Source: Camelus dromedarius (taxonomy: Eukaryota). Taken from it: DNA of 64,000 nt. Location of the stretch: positions 60,018,001 to 60,082,000 of the forward strand of contig NC_087436.1 in NCBI RefSeq assembly GCF_036321535.1, read 5' to 3'. Below the pieces are notes generated by a model, which made no database searches, was not told the origin of the DNA, and saw only the letters and a list, made by a program, of their open reading frames with translations. Within the stretch, counting starts at the first letter, position 1. Every line of letters starts with the position of its first letter. Shown in pieces: positions 14,270 to 27,470 of this stretch. Position numbers and translations under genes: made by a program.

Positions 14270-14363
14270 CTGAAGGACGAAGATTCTGTTCCTCTAAAAA
14301 TTCCAAATCAAGCATTAGATCATCTTCATCCAATTCACAAGAGCCCAAATTATTCAAAACATC
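14270..14363 (-). CDS. CCSER1: Internal coding exon (94 nt, phase 0 to phase 1; probably exon 4) of coiled-coil serine-rich protein 1
   Basis: Minus strand reads ttttgctttttcttcag|GATGTTTTG...CGTCCTTCAG|gtaagt, with canonical acceptor and donor. Translation DVLNNLGSCELDEDDLMLDLEFLEEQNLRPS matches my recollection of mammalian CCSER1/FAM190A (DVLNNLGSCELDEDDLMLDLEFLEEQ...). Confidence 0.93.
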
Positions 14364-15911
14364 CTGAAGAAAAAGCAAAATCAATAGTCAGAAACCAAAT
14401 CACTGAGAAACTGAGGAAATAACTACATGTAGATGCCATGAAGCAAAAAAAGAACTCAAAATTAGACAGGAAATGCTTTAACTGAACCCCAGGAATTGTT
14501 GATTATCTTATAAGCTTTAAAACTATCAGCCCAATAAAAAATTTCATTAATTACTATAAAAAATTTAATTCTTATTAAAAGTGCACAGAGGTCTTCCCAA
14601 CGTATAGACGTGTATGAACTAAACCTTTAGATTCTTTTTCTAATATTTATCTTTCAAATCTGTGTAACAGTCTTCTGACACATTGAGTGAATTGCTTCTC
14701 AAACAATTTTTATATACAGTGCCAATCCTGAGACATTAATTTACATTGTGTTTGGAAGTGGGGATCCAGTTACTATTTCCCAAGCATTTGCTTTAGATTA
14801 AAGAGGGATGAACAACAGAAATAAATGTCAATCAGATTAAAAATCAATTACTGATTTTCACAATGTCATAAATATTAGAGCTATATTATGTTTCTTTATC
14901 TTTTTTCTTAAGAGGGCAAATAGCAAACGGTATATTGAGAATTCTTGAAGGAAAACAGTGATGCACAGCAATAGAACTTCTTGAGTGAAGAATAAAGTCC
15001 TGATTTGTATATCTGTGTATAGATTGGTAGTGAATATGTTAAGAAAAGCAAGAATTTACAGTTCAAGACTAGGATTGAAATAACAACAGTACAAAAAAAA
15101 GGTATCAAGAAAAACAACCTAACTACTAAATGATGCCACAACATTTCAGATTACTTTTTCCATTGATTTGAATGTTACCTTAAGTTATATTTTAAAAAGT
15201 AAACATTCATTAAAGAAAGCCTAATGATATTATCAAAGGGACACTGAGCTCCTTAGTTCTTGGGATTAAAAATAAGTATACTGCGAATTTTAAATAAACC
15301 ATTCTCACTGTAAAAAATAGAATTAAACATTATTAAACTTTAGAAACACATGTTTTCTGTGAATAGAGCACAGTTTCAAAGGTGATAAACATCCCCAAAT
15401 ACAAAGGCTTCTTTCTGTAAATGAAAGTTACAGGGAATTATTACTGTATTAGATTGCATTGGATTGCATTGTATCTGTATTAATTAAAAGGTATCTAATA
15501 ATTTAAACTGTAAATAAAATCTACTGTTTCTTGGACACTCTATGACATATTGTGGCAGGAATAGCCCACTGAGAATAAGTTGCTTATTTATAATAGCATC
15601 AAAAAGATGTTATAAAATATAGATAACAAAAGATAAGCTGCCACTCTCAAAAATACAAAACAATACTGAAACAATAAAAGAAACATAACTGAAGTTGACT
15701 GTGGAAAATTCAGAGTTTAGAAAAAGGAGGTGGTATAAAGATACTATTATTAGCGTATATTAAGCAGTATCCAAATGAGAGAATCTTAATCGAGTAGTCA
15801 AGAATACATTGGTTAAAAAAATAAGTGCTTTATAGTGAAAGGGTAGTAACTGACATAGCTTCAAATTGGCCTAAATAATTATATACTTGTATTTTGAATT
15901 TCATTGACCAA

Positions 15912-16299
15912 TATTATGATCTCAACTATTTTCATCCAAAATTCATAATCTGAAGTCTTAACCCCTAGTACCTTAGAATGTAATTATTTTTGATGGTAGT
16001 ACCCTTAAAGAAGAAGTTACAGTTAAATCAGCTCATAAGGGTGGGCCCTAATCCAATGTGACTGGTGTTCTTATAAGAGGATATTAGGACAGACAATACA
16101 GACAGAGGGACAACTACGGGAGGACACAGGAAGAACGCAGCCATCTGCAAGCCAAGGAGAAAGGCTTCAGGACAAATCAAACCTGCTTACACTTTGATCT
16201 TGGACTTCCAGCTTACAGAACTGTAAGAAAATAAATTTCTGCTGTTTAAGCCACCCAGTCCTTGGTATTTTGTTATGGCAGCTCCAGCAAAGTTACACA
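15912..16299 (+). mobile_element. MaLR solo LTR (MLT1A/B-like)
   Basis: 'agggtgggccctaatccaatgtgactggtgttcttataagagga', 'gccatctgcaagccaaggagaaaggc', 'ttggacttccagcttacagaactgtaagaaaataaatttctgctgtttaagccacccagtc'. Confidence 0.9.
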
Positions 16300-17640
16300 A
16301 CCAACAACATTTAGAAGGCAATAAAGATCAGAACAAAGGAAGAAAGGAAATAAATGAGTGCTGGCATATGTTTTGTTGTTATGCCAAGTAAGGACAGCTT
16401 CCTCATAGTAAGCTTCTATGGCTTGCTCAGCATTTCTCCCTTTGGAACCACCTCACTTGATCCACCTAGCTTCCAGAAGACAATACGGTTCTTACATTAG
16501 CCAAACTTCCTGTCCTTGCTGAATAGTCCAAGATGAGTATTTTAACCACATTTAATTTGCCGATCATAGCCCTTTCAGAGAAATGAGAAAAGTTCCTCTT
16601 TGGTGATAGATATTGCAAGATGCACACCACAGGAGCCTTGGACTTCATTGCATGGTTAAGATCAGACTAAGTCTACTTGAAAAATGAAAAGTGTCATACC
16701 AGTAGGTCTTCTGGTTCCTGGATCCAGCAGTTCCTGAGGTCCAGGAACATACATAATTTTTTCAAGGTTGGATTGTTCAACCCTCTTCTGAATTTTGACA
16801 GTTAACACATCCACTTTCAGTTTGGAAAATAAAATTAAAAACAGACTTCATTTTTTTAACAAGGAAATATTTTAAAACTCTGCCACTGCTATCCTAACAT
16901 TTAATTTTAAAAAGTAACACCAACAAACTAAACAAATTAAATTTGGGAAACTCACTACATTGTTCTTATTTTATTCTCATTTTGCAGGTGACCCTTGATA
17001 TGTGGACTAGCAGGAGTCCATCTACCACTGGTCTAAAAGAAGGGTTCTCCAATCTGCTTATTTTAAATTGCTTTGCTTTGATACCTTGCTTACAAAGAAA
17101 CTTTCTTGTTAGTGTGGTGGACAGTCTTTGAAGCGGCGAAATTTCATAAGAAAAGGAGAGTAGCTGCAGCAACATGTTACAGAAGAAAAATCGATGTGAA
17201 CTCATAGGCCTAAAAGAAATATCTTTTCCAAATCTCTCCTTAAAAAAGACCAGTATCAGCAAGAGCACTTTTGCCTCAGCCAGCACCTTTGGGCAGTCCA
17301 GATACACCTTGCCCAATATCCACCAACAAAAAGAACCAGGGATCCTTAACTGTTAGGAAAAGAAAAAAGAGGAGGACAGAAAAAAACAGAATATTTCTGG
17401 AACATTCTTTTGTTGCCAGAAAACAACGTTTGTCTAAAAACAAGTTGCAGGTGGTTTTGAAAGGCTAAGGAAAGCAACCTAAGGCTTTTCTCTGGCTAAC
17501 TCTGACATTATGAACATAAAAATACAAACAACAACAATAACAAATAGTAATCATTATGGCTAAATGAAACAATTTGAGTCTGCCAGAGGCTAAGAGTTAC
17601 TCAAACAGAAAAGTTAATGTAAAGGATATAAAGTGGCATT

Positions 17641-17669
17641 ACACACACACGCACACACACACACACACA
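17641..17669 (+). repeat. (AC)n microsatellite
   Basis: Directly visible. Confidence 0.9.
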
Positions 17670-20600
17670 AACACAAACAGGGTAGAACATCTTTTATTTT
17701 CATTTTTTTAATAAGTATTTAATCATATGGTTATTTTTTCTAATTTTACATATGTTTATAATATAAAGACATGGGGTTTTTTTGATCTGTGCAAGGAAAG
17801 ACTGGTAAGAAAAGTAGCAGCTTTAAAAGTAGTTCTGTACCATGAGTAGAAAGGACTGATCAGCACTAATGGTCACACATAACAGCCAACTGGAAAAGGA
17901 GTCCAGCATTTAATTAACATTAATAATCATACCCTGTATCCAGAGGGCACAACTGTGTGCTCCAGACACTGGATAAATTAGTGGAATATCTAGAAGTGGT
18001 AACTAAGAAGAAACAGTCTCTCATCTTCTGGTAGATTAAAAACCTAGATAGTTCTACATAATAAAGAGAATAATAAGAGTCCATGAGTTTTTAATAGTGT
18101 TAATAATATCAGGCATATATATCATAACAGGAACATTGTGTAACAATTGCAGTTGAAACTTTAAAAGTAAACCATTTTGTGAGAGAACACCAATACTGCA
18201 CAAAATTAAAAGCTAGGCTTGAACTTAATAAATGAAGGTATAAGAACATAGAAAACCAAGTTTAATTGAAAAAGGAAAGTCCAATCTGATGGCCAGCATC
18301 TTGAGTTTTAATCACTTCTGAATGTACAGCAAATTCCAATGACTACACAAAAAATTATCTAGTCAACAACCCAGAATGTGCAAATTTTTTACTTTTAAGT
18401 CTTCTATAATAACTAAATCTAGAGAAGTGTAAAAATAAACCCAGATATTTCTGAAATCCCAGGGAAATATGAAAATTTTCGTATCAGCAAAGTATAAGAA
18501 GGCAAAAGGTAAAAAAAAAATGTAAATTCCTAATATGAGCACATTTGTAACCAGTTTTAGGGTAAGCATATTGCTTTGCTTTGGAATCACTGTAATATGT
18601 AGAATTTCCTTTTTTAAAAGTGCTTAAGCATTTTAGATAAATTGATGTTAGGCTTGGTATTGTAATAAAATACTGAAAAGAACTTGATTATATAAAATCT
18701 ACAAATGTTTAAAGGTATGGAAAATTTAATTTAATACATATTCCAATTTATTTTCATATAAGATTTATGTGGGTATTATGAGAAGAGTTGATTAATTGTA
18801 ATGAAATACTAATTTTTACTAAATTCATAATATTAATAAATTAGAAAATAAATCAAGCACAATTACTACTAAGTATTCCCTAAGCAAACATTTAAGAAAT
18901 CTGTCAACGATACTAATTACTCATGTAATCTCTCAAATGACTTTAAGCCATTAAGAGTAAACTAAATAATTATTAATGAAGTAATTCAAAAATCAACTTT
19001 CTAAACTCTAGAAATTTAACAATGAAACTAACAAACATGGTTTCTTTCCTCATAGAACTTAAAGATAACTGTATTCCCGTAAAGAAATACCAGTCTGTTT
19101 TATAAATAAATAAAAGTTATCATCATTTATAAATCAGTCTCTTATGTTTCATTACTGTGAATTAATCCTCCAGAGCCTGGTTGCTATTGGCTGAAATAAT
19201 TGAATTTCTGAAACTACAGAGTTGAAAAGAAAAACTCTCAAAGCTCTCATCACTGCATTAATATGTAACTATTCCATAAGGCTAATTCTAAAATAACCCT
19301 TTAGTCTTGTTTTTTTATTGCAATAAACGCAATAATTATGATCCTGCAAGAAATAAAGGAAGCTGAGATTTTACTATACAAAGAAGTGTTGCTTATAAAA
19401 GAAATAATTCCATCAGAGGAAATTATTAAAATATTCTCTAATTGTGGTATTATAAAGATGGTATTAATTGCATTTCTATATTGTTATATTTCAGTTGAAG
19501 GCCTTTACAAGCAGCCTTAAAATATCTAAAAGCCAAGATATGACATGCTGTAGACCTCAACAGTTGTTTATGTAATATTTAATGACATAGTAGAACTTCT
19601 CTATCATTATTTGGTCAAAAAGAGAAAAGAGAATTATTCAAATTAATAAGGGATGGTTAAGCTAGTCTGCATTCTTCTAGTCATTCTCCATTATGATCAG
19701 GTGCTACTAGGATATACCTTTCATTCTCTACTAATCTCATCATAGGAGTTTCCATAGATTGACTAAATAGGCTCGGCACATACAATTCAGTAACAATTGA
19801 GTTATGCACATCTATGAATGAAGTGAAGAAGATAATACACCAATACATGCATGTATTTTTAATGATATGATTCCACTGCTATTTTTTGGAAAGAGAAATT
19901 AAAATGACAATACTTTATAATTACTGCTGCAAGGAGAGTTATTTGGTTTTGATTTCCTGATTGGGTAAATAAAGCATATTAAATCATTATAATAGATTTA
20001 TCTTCACCTTTCAACATGGCAAGCATGAAGTATTTCCAAACACAGCTTGCTTTTTGCTAGGTACTGATTAACTTTATAGATCTGAACACATCAAAATATA
20101 TTTTTAATAAATATTTTCAAAAATTTGCCTTAATTCTATAAACACTTCCTCTAAGGCTTCCCACTACGAGTCCAAAAACATAACATTTTGCAAACAGGAA
20201 TGATGATTCCATGTAATTCACTAAAAAACATATTGGCATTATAAATATGTGAAAAGGATAAAGTTTTGGTTTGATTACTATTTTAGATTCTTAAAGCTAT
20301 GCCCAGTATTGCTAACTCTTCTCTTTATACTAATGAAAGGTAAATTATTTTATAAGTTATTCAAGTATCACAGTACTAAAATACTAAAACTTAAAAATTA
20401 TGTTACAATATTTAACTTTCTAGGAAAAGTGCCCACAGATTTTATGTGGACTTTAAACCAATATCTGAATTCATACAAAAATTTAAACTGTGAATATTTT
20501 TGTTTTAATCTATGAAAGGGAATAAATCAAAATTAATTTTTATTATTAATAAATATAGAAAACTAGGAACTGTAAATATATAATTAGTAAACTCTATAAT

Positions 20601-22534
20601 TCAAAAATAAAATTCAATGATTATTATTTAACAATACATAATTTTTCTGTCATAATTTAAGATATGGAGAAAAAAATGATGTCTCTTGGGATTCTATTTT
20701 CATGCCAAGAGAACCAACATTACAGATGCCATCTCCTTGATTCTACACTTGGCTACATCAGTTTGTGTCACTGTTAATAAAGCAACACAAATAATTATCA
20801 AATACTCTTAACTCCAATGACAGTAACATCTGTTCAATAAAATATCACAATTACATTGTATGTAATTGGCTTGAGATGAATATGGTAATGTGGAAAAAAG
20901 TGCTATCACAATTAAACTATTTGGAATCCTAGTATTTTGAAGAATACATATTAAAGAGAGATGATTATTTCTAGCCTTCATTCTTCTTTGCATACTAGGG
21001 GAATTGTGCATTCCACAGTTATGAGGCGTACTTCATTATCTCCTAACTGGTGTGCCTATCAACTTTTTGCCAAGAACCATTCTAATTCTTTAATTTTCAC
21101 TTACAATTCTTTCCACATACTACTCTGAGATTACTCTCACTAATTTATCATTTGTATATATTCCCTCATTGCCTAGCTCATGAAAATATGTCAATGGCAT
21201 GTGTCTACAGAGTAAATACTAACTCTACTATCATTCAAAACCCAAACATCTGATCCGTTTCTGCCTCTGCAAAATTGCTTCTTGCAAACTTATTATTACA
21301 ACCAAACATATTTGGTGACTGTTTTCTGAGTGTCACTTCTATTTCTTCCATTGCACTGAGCCTAACCCCTTGCCCCAAATGCCAAAAGAGCAAATACAAA
21401 GTAACTTTACACTTTATTTTACACTTTATTACATCACAGGCATTTATTAAAACAACACTACTTACAACAGGTACTAAAAAATTCTTTTCAATAATGATAG
21501 GAAAGTTTAAAAGCCTTTCTCTTAAAAATTCCATTCATGTGCAATATATGTTGGTTTTCACAGAATATAAGACCACCAACTGTCTCCACACGAAGGGTAT
21601 ATTTGCCTAGGGATCAATATGGACTGTTCATTGTCCTTCCTGTTGGGGAAAACATATGTGACTCTGTGCTACATCTGAGCAGAGTGCTTGTGAGGTGTCT
21701 TATTGTCAAACTACTTTGATGAAGAACAATAGTGTCCTTTTTTGGACACCAATTTTTTAAAACTATCAGGTGTTTTGGGGAAAATACATTCAGAAAAAGT
21801 GTTCATATGAAATACAGAGGGAATGTTTAAGAACTCAATTGCTAGCCCTATATCAATATGTTTAGTTCTCTAAGAACTTCTGAGGTGTGCTTGTTGTTGT
21901 TAAAGCTGTCATTTTAGCCTCATTGAAAGTGTCTACTTTTCACCATTGTCAGTGTATACGGTTCTGATAATTGTGTGAATCTAACATCACTTTACTATTC
22001 TAATATACGATGAGTAAGAATTTGCCAAAGAAAACCTAGCACGTAAACATACTGAATCAGTGAGGATAATGTGTACCATAAACATCATCCAGATAAGTAT
22101 ATTCACTTTAGTGAATAATGGGTATTTTCAGGCATAGATAGTTCTCATATAATTAAACCTCAAGTTTTAGACTAGGTTTATATTTGTAGACAGGATACTA
22201 TGAAATTGATGAATGTTTCACTGATTTGTAATATAAGAACTGTCATAATTTTATTTCTAAAATAGAAATCAAATATATCCAGTGATACTTATCATGCCAA
22301 TCTTATATTAAATAACATGGAATAGTGGGGAAATCCAAAAGATTGGGATGGATAAATCTAATTTCTAACCCTAACCCAGCCACCAAACCAGCTCTGTGAA
22401 CTGAAGCAAATCATAACTTCCCTGATGCTCTTCTGTGAAACGAAATATTAGAATAGCTACTCTCTGTAATTCCATACATATCTAAAATGTTAAAATCTGT
22501 AAGAAAATTATGAGTTTCTTTCCCATGATTATAT

Positions 22535-23177
22535 ACTACCCAGAGTTAGCCAAACTGCAAAGTCTAAGGGCACAGTCTCCAAAACTTCTCTGACTTCTGA
22601 CACCAACAGCAAGTGTAGTGGGTTCACAAAAACACCTTCAAGTGCAATAAGTCACTGAACTCACTAAAATCAATATGATTTATTATAGGGAAAGTGTACA
22701 GTTCAAAAATTAGCCAAGAGAAGAGATGCGTAGAGCCTGGGAGGGTTCCAAACGCAAAGCTTCCCTTGTACACATGACATATTACTCTCCCAGCATTGAT
22801 ATGTAACAACACAAGCAGAGTATTGGCAATAAAGGAAGCTCACTGAAGCTTTGGTGTCTAGAGTTTTTATTGGAACTTCATTATACAGGTATGATTGATG
22901 GACTGATTGACTGCCTACATGCTTGCTCTCAGCCTCAAAACTGTCTGACAATAAATGACCTGAAGCTCTCACTCTAAATCATACGGCTGATCTTTCTGAT
23001 ATGGCCTGGCCCCATTCTGATATTTTTTGATCCAGCTCCACTCTGAGATCCAGTGTGGTTAGCCCTGGACTCTAGACAAAGATATTCCTACCAGATATGA
23101 CATAAATTATCTCTTAGAACCTGAAGGTAAAGGCAAGACATTACTTTGGGCAAAGCACAGTTCACTGTTCACTACAC
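22535..23177 (-). mobile_element. MER21C/MER77-like LTR
   Basis: Minus strand starts TGTAGTGAACAGTGAACTGTGCTTTGCCCAAAG...CCTTTACCTTCAGG; other end 'actacccagagttagcc...aagggcacagtctcc...gacttctgacaccaac' resembles the MER21 family. Confidence 0.7.
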
Positions 23178-23499
23178 ATATACTGTGTTTCCATAGACAG
23201 TGCATAGCTTATGATCTAATTTAGTCTTAAATTATTTAACTCAAATACAAAAAAAAATCATATAATTTTTTCTCTACTTTGTCAGATTCCAGAGCCATAT
23301 CTGAAGGGGGGAAGTATCATTATGATTTTTTTTTAAATCAATGTTTACTTTTTAATAGTACATTAACAAGTAATTCACTAAGATAATATATACTATAATG
23401 TATATACTGTCTGAGTTAAAGACTTATTGGTTATTTTTTACATCTTTTCTCCCAATTTTCCATGTTGGACTCATATTTATGGTAACAAAAATCAATTTA

Positions 23500-24020
23500 G
23501 TCCCTTGTTCAACAATACTTATTGAAGGCTTAACAGTTGCCAGAAACAGTACTTAATTAAGAACAATGAACTAAAGAGAAAAGTTTCCTAACCTAGACAA
23601 TAAATATACAAACAAAAAACTGATATATGCTATTTTAAAACAAGATTAACATGATATTTACTGGTTGTAGAAGGCAGCTACTTTACATGAGGAGGGCAGG
23701 GAAGACCTTTGTAAAGGTGTCATAAAGGCCAAGTCATGAATTATAAGCACTCATATGCAAACTGAAAGGAAAACATAGTCAACAGAGAAAAAAGTGTACA
23801 GAAATCATCTAAAATGGATGTGAGATTGATATTTTAGTAGGGCAGAGAGAAGGCTGGAATGGTTGGAGCACATAGGTGAGGTGAGGGGGTACAAGAGGTA
23901 TGCAGTCCAGGTCATTTGATCATAACTTTCAGGCAGGTAAGGGATTTAGAAATCACTAACAAATGACATGCTTAAATAGACATTTTAGGAAAATCATCCT
24001 ATCCACACTGCTAAGAACTC
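23500..24020 (-). mobile_element. L2 LINE fragment
   Basis: 'ttcaacaatacttattgaaggc', 'gggcagggaagacctttgt', 'aaggctggaatggttggagcacatagg'. Confidence 0.7.
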
Positions 24021-24025
24021 ATTGT

Positions 24026-24052
24026 AAAAACAAAAACAAAAACAAAAACAAA
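24026..24052 (+). repeat. (CAAAAA)n simple repeat
   Basis: Directly visible. Confidence 0.8.
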
Positions 24053-24226
24053 TTGCTAATGGATCCTAACAGCCAGAAAGGCATGCAATGGTTTATGGAT
24101 GAAAAACTTAAAGGTTATAAAAATTAAATACCTTGACCATGACACAAAAAGCGGCAGAATCAAGATTTAAAGATGTATTTGCCTGAAGAATAAAAGTGTC
24201 TACATTAAGCTTCCCTTCATATAAAA

Positions 24227-24238
24227 TGAGTGCGTGTG

Positions 24239-24293
<55 letters not shown>
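24227..24293 (+). repeat. (TG)n microsatellite, pure run about 24247-24293
   Basis: Directly visible. Confidence 0.95.
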
Positions 24294-24296
<3 letters not shown>

Positions 24297-26665
24297 ATCT
24301 TCGGAGATACTGAAAAGAATCCTTAAATATCAAGACCTACTATTTTTAAAGGCTATTAGCATTTTACTTGATGTTTGGACAAAATGAGAATGTATCGTTT
24401 TGAAAAAGAAGTCTAGACTGGTTTCCTTAAAACTTCCCAAACTGGTATGCTCCCATTTTTGCTATTTTCTATGGAATCTCAAACAAGTTAACTGGCTTTT
24501 TTGAGCCATGATTCACTTTTTTGTAAAAAGAGAGCAAATCATTCATGATAATGTACTGTCCCTGTCTGGAAATCCTTTCACATACAAATGATCCTTCACT
24601 ACGCTGTTTGATGATGTTAAAAAAAAGTCTAACTTTTCAAATTTTCCCTGATATTTTCTTCCTTTTACACAGTTGTAAGTTGAACCAAATTTATTTTATT
24701 TAAACTTCCATCAAAATCCAACTAACATTCTATTCCCTTTATGAAGACTCTCTCATCTTCACATGGTTAATGTTAATTTCTGTTAATCACATGAATTACT
24801 AACATTGATTTCATTCCATGTGGCTTATAATAGTATTTTTATTTACATCATTTTGAAAGTAAATATGGTGCAATTATTCTCCTTTTGCAGTTCCTATAGC
24901 ACTTAGCACAGTCCTGAATATATTAATAATTTAATTAAATCAATAATTATTTATTGGGAACCTTCCATAAGTCAGGTACAATGCAAGTAACAAACTGTCT
25001 TGAATTTTGAACTTGTTGAATAGAAAAGTATAGGACATAATTTAGAGCATTTTCTGGCTTAATGAGAAATCCATAGTTATTTAAATACTTTTCATATTTC
25101 ATTTGTTAAAAGTATCATCTCAGAGCTATGTTGAAAAGCAATATAATTCCACTTACTGAATTATTTTTGTATTAATGTACTTTGTATTAAGGTACAAAGA
25201 AATACAACTGCACAGGCAGAAGCAGCATACCACAAGCAATTGTAGAGTATCTTTTTTTCTTATTAAAATTAGAACTTCCTATCTATTTGAAAGATTAAAT
25301 TTATATTCCTTTATGTAGTATAAAGAATTATATTTTAACAACTACAATAAGAATAGTATTACATCATTTGAGAGAAAGAAGGACAAACATTTCAGCAATA
25401 TTAATATAAGAACATAACCAGTTTAGAAGTGCTTTACGATCAAAAGAAATTTTTTTATTGCTTAAATACCTACTGTGATCTATAAAGGTATACAGTCCCA
25501 TTTTCTAGCCTTTGAAAAATTAGTTTAAAAAACACAATATTGACATATACTATATAATAAAAACACATGAAACACAAAATAAAAATATTCCTAAATATCA
25601 AATATATGTCAACATTAAATTTCATCTAAAAATTAGAGAACAACAAAATATCACTAGGATGCAATCAGAGAAATAATTACAGTTAGATGAGAATCAAGTC
25701 AGAATAGAACTGGTTCATTTCTTTCATTTGGCATGTTTGTTAACTTATTTGATATAAAGATTTTCAATGAATTCATCCCCCTGGTTAGATTAACACAATA
25801 TTTAGACAAATATCTTGATTTTACCTAAATCACTTACAAAATTAAAGACAAAATTTGAATATTTTATCCCGCTCAACCATTCACAAGTTTTTACTATATA
25901 TAACTGGACTATAAAGAAATTCCAAGTAAATGAAGTGCTTTATAATCAACAAAAATCTAGTGTAGTATTCAACGTCCATTGATACAAACCAACTGATTCA
26001 ACTAAATGTATAAGTTAATGGAATTTATAGTATAATGGTTGAAGGTATATAAATAATGATGAGGATTAAAGAAAATAAGTACAGAGAAATATCAACTAAA
26101 TAAGTTGATTTTTAAATAAAATTACATTTGCTTTACAATACAGTATTACTATACACTTTTTTCCTCTGGCAACTCATTTTCCTTTCATTATTATGATTAC
26201 AAATTAAGATTTATTTCTATGACCATTACCCTAAAATGCATTCATTATGTGCATTTGCCTCTTCTCTTTTTCTTTTATAACAACTATTATTACATTTATG
26301 AAATAAAATTATCATTATTAATTCCATGTAAACCATGATACTTGAAATTATTTAAAAAAAATTTGATACATATGTCTTAATTTGTTTGCATATTATAAAT
26401 AAACACACCTGTATAAATGCAAAGTAAATATGAAATTAGCCTTTGTCTTTTTATGAAGCTATAGTTTTCACCATAAAATGTATCATTGTTTCAGACTATT
26501 CGTTTCATAAAGTTGAAGAAAGTCTTGGAGAATAATGAAATTAAAAGTCTTTTATATCTTAGAATGAATAACCCAAAGTTATTCAGGATGTTAAAATGAA
26601 GTCCTACCTGGTCATTACCTTCTGCCCCAGTTATCTCACATACTAATCGCCACACAAGTATGTAG

Positions 26666-27183
26666 TGTTGGCCAGATAGTACTGATTTCCCAAACCTGCT
26701 TTCAGGCCACAACTACTTGCCATCATATAACAGTCCTTTGAAGGAAACTTAGCATAGAAGCTGTGGATGTGCCTGCACGCGGGACATTTCACAGAAGTGG
26801 CTGGACTTGTCTGCAAACAGAAATTCCTGCCAAGTGACTCTGCCCGTTCCCAGGGGAAACATTGCTTGCAAACGAGAATGTTTATTAGTTCCTCAAAAGG
26901 AACAGGCCTTGGAACGGGAGAGTCTGAGTGTAATTAAGATAAGGAAGCCTTAGATGTAATGCGCATGCGTCAACCTAAAAAATGTTTACTCTCTGTGCTT
27001 GGCAAGAGTTACTCCTTTGTGTAGATGGTATAAAAAATAAAGAAACCCGAATCTCGGGAGATATTTTGCACCACAGCAGCTCTGTGATTCATTTCGTCGG
27101 CAACATCCTTGCCCACAAATGGCACAAGTTTTATCACTGTTAGTTCCTCTGCTCCTGCTGTGTTGACTATGGCTTGGCCAACA
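26666..27183 (+). mobile_element. Relatively young ERV solo LTR (518 bp)
   Basis: Perfect terminal inverted repeat TGTTGGCCA...TGGCCAACA, raised GC with retained CpGs, TATAAAA at 27029. Confidence 0.75.
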
Positions 27184-27204
27184 GTCCTGTGAGCCATCAA
27201 TGTC

Positions 27205-27470
27205 CAACTCTTTGGGCTGAGCTAGGTGCCTTCCTCTGTGCTCTCACACCATTTATATTTATTTCTGTTTTAGCACTTTGCATGCATTACAATCAGTTCT
27301 TTAATTATTTATTACCCTTATTGAACAATAAATTCTTTGGGAGCATAGAGGGGGGCACAATATCTCTCACTTCCTGAATGAATTGGCCATTGATTAAGTG
27401 TCTGACCTTTAGGAAGTCACTCCATCATATATTAAACTCTAATTCTCACATAGAAAATGAAGGAGATGGG
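27205..27470 (+). mobile_element. L2 3' fragment followed by MIR fragment
   Basis: 'gctaggtgccttcctctgtgctctcacacc...tagcactt' (L2); 'tgacctttaggaagtcactccat...ctcacatagaaaatgaagg' (MIR). Confidence 0.55.

Noticed and set aside
14237..14422. Plus-strand 61-aa ORF
   Set aside because: Antisense shadow of the real minus-strand CCSER1 exon.
16969..17131. Plus-strand acceptor ttttattctcattttgcag at 16987 as an exon of an antisense coding gene
   Set aside because: All frames close within about 50 codons and no convincing donor or homology was found.
16340..17356. Endogenous bornavirus nucleoprotein or hAT transposase resemblance (SFPNL; DQVR...AIEAYYEEAVLT...HLFPF; WW...PKV...ERF)
   Set aside because: Only very short matches, the bornavirus-like ones on opposite strands and with wrong spacing; cannot be told from chance by eye.
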